Origin: the human T2T-CHM13v2.0 reference genome, Homo sapiens | Reading direction: 5' to 3' (one strand) | Assembly: GCF_009914755.1 (NCBI RefSeq) | Contig: NC_060944.1 | DNA: 64,000 nt | Part shown: piece after piece, positions 28,037 through 42,679 of the stretch | Layout of the letters: each line of letters begins with the position of its first letter | Numbering within the stretch: the first letter of the stretch is position 1 | Program-made: the position numbers and the translations under genes | The notes under the pieces: generated by a model | Databases searched by the model: none | The model's input: the letters and a program-made list of their open reading frames with translations, nothing else | Told to the model about the DNA's origin: nothing

Positions 28037-28444
28037 CATAGACTATTAGTTCCTCCTCAGAAAGGAGTTGATGGGATTTCAGAGGTGGCGTGGCTTGGAG
28101 TTGCTCTTCTCTTGATGTCCCCTGAGGGCCTGCACTGATCTTGGTCCTCCTGCCAGTGCTCCCAGCCCCTTATGGACAACTGGCTTTCTGCACCGTTTGA
28201 AATGCTAGGCATGGCTGTCCCACACGGTGCTTGCTTTCTCGTGCCTTCTAACCTGGGCACTGAGCTTTCATCTGTGTTCACTGGCTGGCTCCGTAGCATT
28301 TCCTGCCACACCTCCATGGAGGTATGGGCATTTTGCATTCCATAAAGGGGAAAAGAGCTTCTTCCTGATCAGAGTTTAAGCTTAAAATGGTTTTCTTCCT
28401 CCTGAAACCACAACGTTTCCTAACAACATTAAAATTCCCCTCTG

Positions 28445-28463
28445 CTCAGCCCCCTACTGGACC
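28445..28463 (-). promoter_or_regulatory. Predicted CTCF site (reverse orientation)
   Basis: Reverse complement GGTCCAGTAGGGGGCTGAG; good core, weaker 3' flank. Confidence 0.5.
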
Positions 28464-29139
28464 AGCTCTGGGCTGGAGTGAGGAAGGCATCCCTGTTGGT
28501 GATTTCATGCCCACTGTTGTATAGGCCAGCACTTCCCCAAAGCTGGCCTAAGTACTAGCGTCCGGTTACCCTAGCACTGGAGAGCTTTGGGGGATCTGCC
28601 TCTGCCCATTCTGACCTATCCCGTCTAGGAGGAGCCTGACATTTTCATGTAAGGAGCTCCCAGGGCATCCCACACACCAGGAGGCTCAGGAAGCCACAGG
28701 TGAATGCTATGCCTGTGTCCCCTAGGGAGGTAAGTCAGTGGCCTGCAGAGCTCTGGGAAATCTTTCTGCCTGGAGAGTAGACAGGCCCACCAGTGAGGAT
28801 TCCCGTGGAGTATTTAGCCAGCTTGGTTCTAGTTAGATGTAGAAGACATGGAAACAAAATGTGGTGTTGGAACAAAGCCTTTAACTGTGGGCCCCAGGAG
28901 TCCCTCTGAGATGTTTGGCCACTTTTCTGCTGAAATTGTGTTTTTATTGGTGGAGGATGCATTTTTAAAGTATAGAGGCGTAGCAAGATAAAGAATAGAA
29001 ATGCCCCCGTCTGTGGAAGCAGAGAGAGGGCGGGAAGAAGCCATTTTGTCACTCACACAGCAGGTAAATGCCACCCCAAGCCTTACCCTGGCAAACTCCT
29101 GACTCCACCTGTGACTTTATTGTCTGAGACACGAGCCTC

Positions 29140-29320
29140 TACTCTGCTGTGGCTATTGAAAGTTAATTAAACTTAAAGAAAATGACAAATTCCATTTCTC
29201 AGTCCCACTAGCCACATTTAAGGGCTCAGAGCCACATGTTACTAGTGGCTACCGCATTGGACAGCACAGATAAAGGCCATCTCCATCCGTGTAGGAAGTG
29301 CTCCTGCAGGGCGCTGGCCT
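29140..29320. mobile_element. MER3-like hAT-Charlie element
   Basis: CACTAGCCACATTT...AGCCACATGTTACTAGTGGCTACCGCATTGGACAGCACAGATA. Confidence 0.75.
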
Positions 29321-30297
29321 AGAGTTACCCCTGGTGGGAGATATGGGGCCCATCAAGCCAGGTAACCATCACTGGGGTGAATTTTTTCTCTGGTGTTGCT
29401 GGAGCTTATTGAATAGAGTGTCAGGATAGAATCGCTCGCTGGCTTAAGCTGAATTCCATAGACCTCCATAAAGAAACAGAAAACCTCTTCAGAGGAGAAA
29501 GCATAGTTGGAATAGCTCAGTGCTGGCTTAAGCTGTTCTGAGATTTTTCAGTTGTTCACTTCATAACTCTCTGAAACTCCAGCCAATACTTATTATATGG
29601 TCAGAGAAATGTGCAGACTCTTCGAATCTTTATTTTGTCCTTTTTCCTCTGGAACAGTGGTTGGAGGTCTCAGGTATTGGTATCTGCTTCAATGTCTGGA
29701 AAGCTTCTTGAAAGATGCCTGCTCTTCAACAGAGGAAGACGCAATGTTTACCTTCTTCCTACCATCTTCTGATGACTGGGGGAAGAAGACGACTTGAGAC
29801 TGGCCTCCAGAATTAGGGTGTTTTTATGGGGAGAGAGTTGGAAGCTTGGGGTAGGGAAAAAGGAATAAGGAAATCCAAATGAGGTTGCTCTAGGGTTGCT
29901 ATTAAATCCTCTATCAAAAAAAGGCCTGGGTACTGAGGTGAGTTTTGCATTATTTCCTGAAGGTGGAGATGTTGGACTTGGATGGATTCTGTGGCTCATG
30001 CACAGGAGAGGCCCAGCCTTTGGTAAGTTCAATTTCTGAGGAAAGATAGCAGGATCCTGTGTTGCTGGCTGGATTGTGAGACAGCATGGGTAGCACTTAA
30101 AAAAAAATCATTCAAATTCTTAGAAAGAAAAAGCTGGACTCCAAAGTGACCACATGGGCATTGCTCTGAGGAGAGGAGATATGGAGAAACTACTTGGCAA
30201 AATATATTTTATAAAGGTTTTGCACCTCCTGACATGTTGCATTAGAAAGCCATGAGTGATTTACGGCCAGAACTTCCTTTGGCTTCAGTTGAAATGA

Positions 30298-31052
<755 letters not shown>

Positions 31053-31854
31053 CTGAATTCCAATTTCTACTAGAACTAAAGAAAGCTAGTCTCTGCTCCT
31101 TCTCCTTTTCCCACTGTGTCCTCTGGCTCCTAATTCAAGAACATGGTGTCTAGCATATGAGTATTTGTTAAATGAGGGAGTGAATTAGAAAATTACACTT
31201 AAAGTAGGATGTCCTAGGTTAAAGGCAACAGAATTTAGTGAGAGTGTGTGGCGGTCAAAAAGTTAGGAGTTCTTCCTAATAATGCCTTACATTTGGATAG
31301 CACTGTCTTCGCAAAGCTCTTTCACACCTATAATTTCATATGACTTACTGTTAAACCTTAGATAACATTAATAGCCTTTATGTGCCTTCATTTTTCACCC
31401 ATGGCAAAGAAAAGATACCCAGTGGAAATACTGTTATCTTTTCATCAAGATGTTGTAAGAGTTATAATTGAGTAATTCCCTAGAATATCATTAGAAGTCA
31501 ATCTGAATATAAAAGGGAATGCCATCACTTTTTGAAGTTTTTAAAGCCTATTTGTTATGGCCTAAGTGGGAAAAGCTGCCCAATAAATTAGTACAGTTTA
31601 AATAGGAATGTCAAGTTACCTCTGACTGGAGCTTGGTAGAATGTGAGAAATCTGGGCTTGGGCATCTTGCTGAGATGATCCTGGAAGGCAGGCCATGTAA
31701 TGGACTTGCTTGTTTCACAATCAACCATTTTCCATCCCTCCAGGCCTCCCTCCAAGTGTTTTCCCAGGTGGGCGGCCTGCCAGGCTGTGTGCATGACAGT
31801 CTGACCCCTCAGGTTGTTTATAAGGTTCTTCAGGGCAGAGGTTCCTTGAGGACC

Positions 31855-32050
31855 AGTGGTCAAGGACTTGGGTTCCAGCCCCAGCTCTACCGCTCACCAG
31901 CTGTGTGCCTCTCCGAATCGAAGCGTCTTTATGTCTAAAATGGAAGCCACTACACTTCCCTCCCAGAGGAGGCATAAGAGACCTATGCCTGTGTAACGTG
32001 ACCGGTGCCTGGCATGTAATACATTCTCAATAAATGGTGACTATGATTAT
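31855..32050 (+). mobile_element. MIR
   Basis: TGGGTTCCAGCCCCAGCTCTACC...GTGCCTGGCATGTAATACATTCTCAATAAATGGT. Confidence 0.65.
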
Positions 32051-32388
32051 CTTCTTGTGGAATTTTCTTTCTCACTTATTGTCAGTGCCTAGAGAATTGA
32101 TAGGAACTTGGAAGGTAATAAGTAATGCTTACCAATTTGAGAGGCTGAATCCTTACATGGTGTTAATGATCTTGGTTATTTTCTCATTGATCTTTGATCC
32201 ATTTCTACGTGTGGGCCAGGACATGCGGTATTTACTGTTAAAAGTAAGGTGGTAGAAGTTCAGTACACAATGAAAATGTGCAGTTTTCTTTACTAGGTTT
32301 GGAATATTCTTGGTAAAATAAATACTAAGATTTGTTCTATTAAAACAAATCTGGCTAACATCACAAAGCCAAAACAAAGCCAACCAGA

Positions 32389-32718
32389 GGTCTGGTGCAA
32401 TGTTTCAGGCCTGTAATCCCAACACTTCAGGAAGCTGATGCGGGAGGATTACTTGAGCCCAGGAGTTCCAGACCAGCCTGGGCAACATAGTAAGACCTCC
32501 ATCTCTACAAACAAACAAACAGACAGACAGACAAACAAAAAATACAAAAATTAGCCAGACATGGTGGCATATGCCTGAAGTCCAGCTACTTGGGAGGCTG
32601 AGGTGGAGGATCACTTGAGCCCAGGAGGTTGAGGCTGCAGTGAGCCAAGACTGAGCCCCTGCACTCCAGCCTGGGCAACAGAACAAGACCCTGTCTCAAA
32701 AACAAAACAAAACAAAAG
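32389..32718 (+). mobile_element. AluJ with (CAAA)/(CAGA) linker expansion
   Basis: GGATTACTTGAGCCCAGGAG, GAGGCTGCAGTGAGC; TSD-like CAACCAG. Confidence 0.92.
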
Positions 32719-33669
32719 GCAACCAGGATGGAATGTTGATTTAAACCTCAATTTCATTGACCTGTTTTAATCAAATAAGCCTACTTTAATTGACGGGAAA
32801 AACCAATAGTAATGTCCTGAATGCTTCATCTCAGCACATACAGACAATTTTTAAAATGCAACTCTCACTCTCGAGAGCTGGAAGGGAAACCTTTCTCTTG
32901 CAGCATTGTAGGGCTAATGCCTTGCCTCTTGGGGAGGACACTAGGATCCAAAGATAGGTTTTCCCTGACATCACCATTTTAATGGGAAAATGTATATAGG
33001 AGACGACATTTTGGGGGGAGGGAGGACAGGCAGCTCCAGAAGCCCTAGGCTGTTCTGGAAGGTGCACCCCACATTGTGGAAGGCAACTCTCTCATCATGA
33101 TGCTTCTTATTTTGCAACTTTTCAAGAAGTTCTCCTTTTCATTTCAGTGCTCCCACCCCTGGCAACAGTAACCATTTCGAATAGTAAAATGTGCTTACCA
33201 TCCTTTCAGTTTTGTTAAGGATGGGGATGAGTGTCCCTTTATTTATCCACTGTTGGGGGTACATGCCCATGGGCTTCCACACCCTGTGCTCTGGCTCTCT
33301 TGGATGGCTACCATTCACTCACATTGCCACTGACGAGGCCAAGCAGAGGAACGGACACAGGCTTCTCATTGAGCCCTCGTCTTCTGGGTCTGTGTTTGGT
33401 TGGTCCTGCAGCCGAAGCTTCCCACACCCCGCATGAGGTTTACTAGACAAACACCTTCAGGGACAGTGGAAGCTGATGGGCCACTATTCTTTGGGGGAGT
33501 CTGTGGTTTCATTTAAAGAGGAGCTGTGGATAGATGGCTCGTTATACTGCATTTTGGTTGCTGACGATGCAAGAATAAATGTTTATGGAATCATCTTTGT
33601 CCCACAGACACACCTGAATCAATACAATCACTTCTCCTTCTCCTTTCTGTTCATCATCAACTGCATCTC

Positions 33670-33800
33670 TATCAACAGGTTTCCATATCTGTAAAATGGG
33701 GATAATAATAGTACCTGCCTACTAGGATTTTTGTGAAAGACAAATGTAATTCACATGACTGGCATATAGTACATGCTCAATAAATGGTAGTTGCTGTATT
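33670..33800 (+). mobile_element. MIR
   Basis: ATCTGTAAAATGGGGATAATAATAGTACCTGCC...CTCAATAAATGGTAG. Confidence 0.8.
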
Positions 33801-34589
33801 GAAAGATGTTTGATACTGAAATGCAGTTGGAGGAAATAAGCATCCTGTCTGAGGGAGGTTGGTTGCCTTTTGTTGCTTACTTTATAGGTGATCTTCTTAC
33901 ATTTAAATTCCCACCATTTGACCCACATTTCCTGAATAGACCCAGGAGACAGCAAGAGCAATCCACGCCATAATAAAACCCTTTTGCTATCTGATCAGCA
34001 TCAGCCAATCTAATCATTGGCTAAACTATGTACCAAAAACTGAATTAAAAAAAAAAAAGGGAGCTTAAAATAATGGGCTGCATTTAACTTGATTGCTTCT
34101 GTAGATTTGAGGCAATGTTTAGGAGAATCAATTTTGCCAGACTAAAAATAAAAAAGGAGGAACACGCAGCAATTTATATAGTGTTCTTTGTTATTTGAAT
34201 CAATAGCACTGTCCCCATGAAGATCTGAATAATCACCTTTTTGTGTGGTGCTGGAACCCCTGATTTATCTCTTTGTGATTCTGTTATTGGACCATCAGTG
34301 GAACAGTTTTGTTTCTTAATAATTTCTTGCTCTAACTCCCTCTCTCCCCTCTATTTGGAATTCTTTCTCTATGCCAAAAACTTAGCATTTATTCCTTGTT
34401 GGGAGTTGGCATGTGCTATAAAAATATGTTTTTCAAATTAACATGTTCATGAGAAATCTCAAGAAGAGGAAACAGCATTTTTCTGATGAGGACATTGACA
34501 TCTGTACCATTCCTAGAAGAACCCACATAACAAAAAGGGAGGCGGCAGGAATGGCTGCAGCATTTGCTGTCTTGGCGCCTTGTCTAAGG

Positions 34590-34790
34590 CACAGTTCCAG
34601 GTGTCTGTGTGCACCTCACTGCTTCACTTAGTCCTCCCACTGCTGTCTGGGATGTGTGCTACTCTCTGTATTTTACTTCTGTGGAATCTGAGGCTCAGGG
34701 AGATTCAGTACTTACTTAGGGTCATATTTATTAAATATCTGCCTGGAATTTGATCCCACTTCTGTTTGGCCAGAAGACACTTTCCACCAT
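34590..34790 (-). mobile_element. MIR
   Basis: TTTTAC...GGAATCTGAGGCTCAGGGAGATTCAGTACTTACTTAGGGTCA. Confidence 0.6.
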
Positions 34791-35218
34791 GTTATGTTGT
34801 CTCTCAATAGAGTCTGATTTCCGTTTGTCTCCTTAATAATATTAATTAAACCATTTTTTCAAGTGAAAGCATCTTTGGGAAAACTATTCATCTCTTTCTT
34901 TTTCAGAAACTAAAGAGCCAGGAGGACTTTTCTGTTAGAGCTTCTTACCAAGGATTAGGAAGTTTTGGAATTTCCAGGCTCCACAGTTATTTCAGAAGGG
35001 ATTATAGATGTGAGCAATGTGCTTTTAACTCTGCTGTCACATCCTGGGGATTTCCAGTTGGTCAGGTTGGTGTGAGGTGGAGAAGTGTTCTCAAGATTTG
35101 GGAGCTGGATGCCCCAATGGGACAAAGACGGAGGAGGGTAGAGTTCCAAAATGGCCTCCACGGGCCTTCACGGGAGGACGTAGGCTTGTGTGTGTTATAC
35201 TCTGATGGGAGGTGGCTT

Positions 35219-35520
<302 letters not shown>

Positions 35521-35587
35521 GGGAGGTGGCTTCTTTAAAGAAAAGGCAGGCCATTAATACAGTAAATTGTTGGCTTACAAGAACTAT

Positions 35588-36048
35588 ATTTGTTCTTAAT
35601 CTGGGGTGTGTGGACCCCCGCCGAGAGGTCCATGGTTGGAATTCAGAAGTCCTGTGAACTTAAATGAGAAGAAAGTTGCCATTATTTTCTCAAACCTGAC
35701 TGAAATTTAGCGTTTCCTTTAATTATGAATCTACAGTACCTGTGATTTTGTCACCAGTAGAGATCAGATATTTTCACATCACATTGCAGTTGTTGCAGAA
35801 ATATCAAACTATTACTTACGCTCATCATCACCTCAAAATGATGGGGGTTATTAAAGTCACCGCTAGATCCTGTTATTTATTGCACTAACAAAGAAGCACA
35901 CATATTACTATAATATACATTTGTTTTAGTAATATTTTGATAACTGTATTTCAAGGTATTGGTTCCCTTTGTAATACTATGTGTTTTACTTTATGCATTT
36001 AAAACATCATTCTGAGACTGTTTTCAAAAAAAGAAGTTGAGACTCCTG
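35588..36048. mobile_element. Charlie4a-like hAT DNA transposon
   Basis: CTGAAATTTAGCGTTTCCTTTAATTATGAAT...CAGTACCTGTGATTTTGTCACCAGTAGA...GCTAGATCCTGTTATTTA...TTTATGCATTTAAAACATCATTCTGAGA. Confidence 0.8.
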
Positions 36049-37062
36049 CTTTAGAACAAGTAACAAAAACACAGGTTTAGAATTATAACTCCCTTGATGC
36101 AATTTGTTTGATGATCTATGGACTTCCTTAGGGTAGCTCACCTTTTCTTCAAGGTCTGCCTAGATGCCTATTCTGACTAGAATCTGTAACAGATTTCAAA
36201 GTCTGTATTTATTAAAATTTTTATTAAACATTTTTGTATTGAGATGATTACATAAACCACATTTTGGAATTTGCATATACCTCACAGAAAAAAAACTTAT
36301 ATCAAAGTCAGTTTTCTCCATCTCCAAGTGCTCTGGGGTTGAGGGCAGGGTGAAGGATGGATTTGAAAGGCCAGAGTGATACTGAAACAGAGGCTCCCTG
36401 CACTTGTCTTGAAGTGCTTGTTACAAGAGTAGACAGCCTTCTTTAGTGCCCTTTAAACCGTAATAGAAAATGCCCTCCTGGCCCCAAATACTGTCCCCAC
36501 CAGCCTGCTGCAGTGCCTGAGATCTCCACTATTAATCAGATTTTGAATTAAGGTATTTTGATATTAAAGCCCCTGCTCAAAAATATGATGCAAAGAGATT
36601 CATTTCTCATATTCTCACACATTAGAAAATGCTTCGTTAATCCTCTCTCTCTTCCTGTGTAAACACCTTCCCCACTTTACCCACAGAATAATACAGATTC
36701 CTGTGGAAGAGGTCAACTGATTATATTGTGAAAAGCAGGAAAAAGAAAACGTTACAGCTTCTTGGTTCTTTTGCTGAAACCTTGATTATATGGGTCAGTC
36801 CGGGCATTGACTTAGAAACCTGTGATGGTGGTGGCGGTGGTGACTTTCATGGATCGATCTAGTTGTGAATTTTAATTTCTTTCATTGTGTGAGTGTCACT
36901 GTCACTCTGACAATAAAAGGTGGATGTTGGTCTGCTTTATAGCATTTCCCATCCCAGCAAAAACCCTTGAACTAAAGTGTCATTTCCAGGAAGCCTGTAT
37001 TATAATAAAAATATCTTTCCCAAGAGTGGCAAATACACTGGCAATTGCTGACCCCTTATTGA

Positions 37063-37191
37063 TAGGGTGACCGTATATGCCTGTGTGTCTGGTAGAGTCC
37101 CAGGCCAACCTGGTCTTCCATGGTACTATGTATGGTGACATTTTCACTCTTGAAAGTGTCTTAGTTGGAAGATAGATTATATAGTCTCCCT
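37063..37191. mobile_element. MER94-like hAT-Blackjack MITE
   Basis: Termini AGGGTGACCGTATA ... TATATAGTCTCCCT; internal TTTCACTCTTGAAAGTGTC. Confidence 0.6.
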
Positions 37192-38559
37192 GCTTTGGGG
37201 GAACAGCTGTCATGTAGGCAGGGCTTATCAGGAAAGGATAGGAACGGAACAGAAGAAATGGAAAGTGATGGAAATGTAGTTGGTGTGTGGAGGAAAGGGC
37301 CAGCCAAGAGTTGACTACAACCAAGAATATCCCTAATTAGAAGAAAGGAGTGAAAACCCCAGGTACCCTTGGTGGGGAGCAGTATGGGTGAGAGTGAATG
37401 TGCCAAAAAAAAAGAAGGGGCCAAGGACTAATTTCCTTTTATCTCAGTTCCCTGAGTGCCTGCACCATCTTGATGGCTGAAATGTGTAAATTCGGATTTT
37501 AAGACCCGCCTCCATGCCAGGGCCTGATTTGGAAATCCTCAGCTGTGGCTGGTATTTGAAGTGACTTTTTAACCATGGGGGATGGTGGAATCTTCAATTC
37601 AAAGTTTTTGTTTTTGTTTTCTCAGTGCCCCCTTTCTTCCCTGTCTTCAATTTCCAATCCTGAAATCTACATTTGCGTAGCTCACAGAGGCCTAGGGTTG
37701 CCTCAGTGGTACTTAATCGTTAAAAAGAAGCCCCCAGACCATGCATCACCAAGAAAAAATGAAAAACTGAAGCCATCAGTGGCTCGGTAATCCACACTTA
37801 TTGTTACTTTGTATTTTGAACATCACCTTTTCCACTTACAAACAGTTATATTATTAAAAAGATATTTTCCGAAGATAGTAACCTTGGCAGTAGTTGTCAA
37901 GGCTAATAGTTTGACATTTCAGATCACCCACAACTAATCAACTGAACATGGCAACACATTTGAAAAACCCATTATAGGCGGAAGGCCCTGAAGTAATATG
38001 TCAACGCTCGCTCTAACAGCTGTTATGTAAACGGGCTGATTTTTCTCTGCTGAATGGTCACATGGTTGGAGGGAGAGTGCCTTTGAAGGACACGTGCGTG
38101 TAGCTGGGAAAGGAGATTGTGTTATTGAATGCCATATATTTATGGGGGGAAAGTCCCTATCACCGATGATAAAAACACTCAGTCATCTCTCACAAATGCT
38201 TTTAGGGATGTTTTTCTCATCTAAACATAACACTCCCTGAAGGGCGTGGAGAGCTGTTCCACCATTATTGCCTTCCTATTGGGGAAATGATCTTTAGGGC
38301 TGAGCATCCCAGAGCTGTTGTCCAAGATTTCCCTGAAAGATAAGAGAAAAATAAGCCAGCAGCTCCGGCTTTCAAAAACTCCCAAGTCCAGGTGGGCAAA
38401 TAAAGAAGGAAACTAATTTTGTTTCTGCAATACCTATAGATTTTCAAGTTGTTTAAAGTATTTGAAGAACCTAGTTCAGAGGATGGTTCTTTTTAATCTC
38501 TTAGCCTTGGCTAGATTTATTACTGAGTGATCTTTGTGGTTTTTGAGAAACAAAACAAG

Positions 38560-39522
38560 TGAAAGAATCCTCACAACTGAGTTTACTCCAAAATGACACA
38601 GAAAGGTTGAAAATAAAAAATTGGGAAAAGATATTCTGGGTGAAAACTAAGCCAAAGAATATAGCTGGCAGCTGTGTTCATAGCCGGCAAAATAGAATTT
38701 AGAGCAAAAAATGTTAATACCAGAAAATATAGACAAGACAGGCTTTTTAAAAGGAAATATCTCTAAATATGATAAAACAATCATAAACCTAAAAAATTTC
38801 ACCTTGAAAGCAAAGTCTGACCAAGAAGCCATGGATAAATAAATTACAAGCATAATGGAAGTCAGTAACCCAACTCTCAAAAGCAGAGAGATTAAAGCAA
38901 ACTAAATATTGCTCAGGATAACACAAATTAATAACCAAATAAGCCTGAGCAAAGAGATAGCTGTAGACATTGCCATCCAATAGAGAATACATTTTCTTTT
39001 TTAAGCATACATGGAATAGTTAAAAAAATTCTCAATAAATCTCGAAGAATTAATAAAGACCTGTCCTCAAACCTACACATGTGCCCCCATAAACCTGAAA
39101 TAAAACTCAGTAAGAAAAAAAAATCAAATCAAACTTAAAGTCACTGTACAAATAATAATCATAATAATAATCCTATTCTCTGACTAAAATGAACCTCAGT
39201 TAGAAATCAATAACAAAAAGACAACACTCCCTCCAACTTTTTAGAAACTAAAAACACTCATCTCAAAATTCACGGGTTAAAGAAGAAATGATAGTGAAAA
39301 TTGCAAAAAATATTTAGACATTAATAACAAAAGCACCACAGATCAAAATACATGCAGCAGAACTAAGGTTCTACTTAGAAGAAAATGCTTACTTTTCAAT
39401 GTAGTTATTGGAAAATAAGGAAGACATCAATATTCACCTTAAATCATAAGGCAAAGAATAGGATACAGTCAAAGCAAGAAGGTAAAGAATCACAATAGAG
39501 ATAGGAATTAATGAAACAGAGA
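38560..39522 (+). mobile_element. Old L1M ORF2 (endonuclease-region) fragment, degenerate
   Basis: A-rich L1 text: AGAATACATTTTCTTTTTTAAGCATACATGGAA, TTAGAAATCAATAACAAAA, GGGTTAAAGAAGAAAT. Confidence 0.8.
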
Positions 39523-39585
39523 GTGAGTCATTTTATGTTTCTCTTTGCAATTTTTGGTTACAGAGTGATGGTTTGTGATAGTTTA

Positions 39586-39953
<368 letters not shown>

Positions 39954-40139
39954 TCAGACAGCATTTCAGTTTGTTTAATCAGAAAGACTGTGTATTGTGC
40001 AAGAGAGTTTTCACTGGTCCTCTTGTGATGGTTGGAGCTACATAAAGGGCCTCCCAGGTAAAGGTGAAGGGAGGAGGTACTTGCAGCCCTGACACTTTTT
40101 GCTCACCTTGGTTGAGGTAGGAATCTTCTTTTTTTTGTA

Positions 40140-40870
40140 ATGGCACAATGCCTGATATTTACTGTGAATTGTAACACAGAGAACACAAACAATGTACCCC
40201 TGGGCGAATTATCACAAGGCAAGCAAATTTGGAACCACGACCCAGGTCAAGAGACCCAGGTCAAGAGAATAGAACTTGCCGACGTTCCAGTGCCTTCCTC
40301 AGGACTGATCCCAGTCACCACCCAGTCTTACTTTGGTTTATAGTTTTATTCCGTAAGTATTTCTCTCTAAACTTGTGTAAGTGCACCTATTCTTTGAACT
40401 ACGTAAGTAAAATAATAGAGTAGGTATTTATTTTTTTGTAGCTAGCTTCTTTTGCTCAGATTTTGTGAAATTAATGCAGGTTGTTGTATGCAGCTGTAAG
40501 TTTATTCATTTATCTTCATTGATATACAGTATTCTGTTCTCTCTATATAGCTCTCTCTCTCTCTCACATCCATCCTATTGTTTTTCAATGTAATTCACAA
40601 TTTATAATTGTATAAGTATCTAAGGTATAAAGCGATGTTACAATTTATGAATACAATGTGAAGTTTTAAATCAAGCTAGTTCCCACATCCATCACCTCAA
40701 ATATTAATACTTAACATTGTTTTGTGGTGAGAACATTTGAAATTTGCTCTCTTCAAACTTTGAAACACAACACTCTATTATTAACTATATTCACCACACT
40801 GCACAGTAAAGCTTTAAAAAAGAAAAAAGAACATATACCTCCCATCTAACTGGAATTTTGTACCCTTTCG
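40140..40870 (-). mobile_element. L1 3'-end fragments (older L1ME-like plus L1MA-like at ~40580-40870)
   Basis: CACATCCATCACCTCAAATA...TTTGTGGTGAGAACATTTGAAATTT...CTATTATTAACTATATTCACCA. Confidence 0.7.
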
Positions 40871-42679
40871 GCCACATTGGGTGGCTTGGAATGCAGTGGC
40901 TCTTTCAAGAGTTGAGGTTAGAAAGTTCTTTGTACATTATTTAACATTCTTCCATGCCAGCAAGGCACTTAGCCCAATCAAGGCAATTTTTCACAATTTT
41001 CTGGTCATTAAAAATATACTTTAAAACTATCAACTTCACTTGAGGGCTTTCTTGGTGCTGCTGAATCAAAGCTGGAAGTCTCGCCATACTCCATTCATTT
41101 TACTGCTGGTTTGATTATTCTGGCCAGCACCTACACTAAATCTGAGAGCCTGAATTTTGTGCCCAATTAAACATGGAATTAAAAGCTCAGAGAGGCACAT
41201 CCATTATCAAAATTGGGCCTTTTCACACCATACACTCACTCGGAAAACATTTCCTAGTGAACTAATAAACCTTAGCCGTTTTCATTCCAGCAGTGTTGCT
41301 GTGTCTCTCTGTTCTCAGCAAAAGGTCTACAAGTCTGAACGGAATCCAAATGAGCTCAGTTCCTGTTAATTGAAAAACAGGTAAGTCAGGACTAATTTTC
41401 TGAATTAATAGTGTTTGTCACAGCTTTGAAAATCTGCTTAAGTCAGGTCAAAAGTGGCTCTTCGGTTGGAAGAAGGGAATGAGCCGAAACACAAAGGTGG
41501 AGTGGAAGCCCGTCCCAACACCACAGTTCTTTCTTTGTTGCGGTTTTCCCATTTAAATAAGTTGTATTTACGTAACAGAGAATAAAGAGAAAAATGTATT
41601 GAACTTTCACACTTGACCACAATAAAAATGTGTTCCTTTATAAAACAGTCTGATAAAGTATTAAAGCTCAAAGACAGCTGCAGCCAGATAGCGATGAATA
41701 CAACTGAAAACAATTGGCTATTATTGATGCAAACACTATGAAGCAGATCTGACTCCATTACAGGCAACTTAGGATGGAAAGAGACCATTTTATCTATATT
41801 GAAAGAATAAGAGCCACGTATATATTTGGGTGTAGAGACACTGAAAAAATTGATGCAAAAAGTTCTGACTCGCTTGGGGTAACCCACTGATGTTTCTATC
41901 CCCTTCTTTCCAATTCATTTGCACACAAATCTGTATTAAATATCCATAACTCACATCTGGGATTGTGATCGAGGGTGGATGGTGAGCAGTAAGAAGTTGC
42001 AAAGTATGGAAAAGTCCTGGTCCCTCTCCTCCAGGAATAGAAAACTGGAAGAACCCCAGGGAATGGAACCATTACGTCCCTTGGTTGGTTAAAACCCATC
42101 TCTTCCTAAACCTAAACAAAACAAAACAAAAAAAATCTAAGCTCATTGTCATGTTGGAAAACAGAAGCTCCAGGTCTCATCTGGTTAAATACGTGTATAA
42201 CAAGGGTGTCTGGGAATTTGAGGCCATTCCACATTATCTTCTCTTAGCCATTCCAGAAGTTTCTTGAAGATAGCTTCTATTAGGATTCAGCATAGAACAA
42301 TAATAGAAAAGCCAACCTGTTTCATGTCTAGCATGGACATGTGTACCTGCTACTCTAAAATGTAGCTCTGAGAATCACTTTGAACAATGCAACTATTGTT
42401 TAATCTGTTGGTCTCATGACTCCCTTGAACAAGACATTGGGTTTGAAAAGCCTGGAAATCAGAAGCTCTTGGGGCCAGAGGCTCTGCCACTAAATGAAGG
42501 TCTCTCTTCTCTGGACCTTAATTTTTCTCACCTGTAAATTAAGGTTATGTGATATCTTCCCAAAGTTCCCTTACTCTCTGGCAAGTTACATATTGTTGCT
42601 CTCTGAAATTCAGTCTGTTATATGTTGGAACTTTTGAGGGTAAATTTTTAAGGAAACACTACGTGATAACAAAGAAAAA

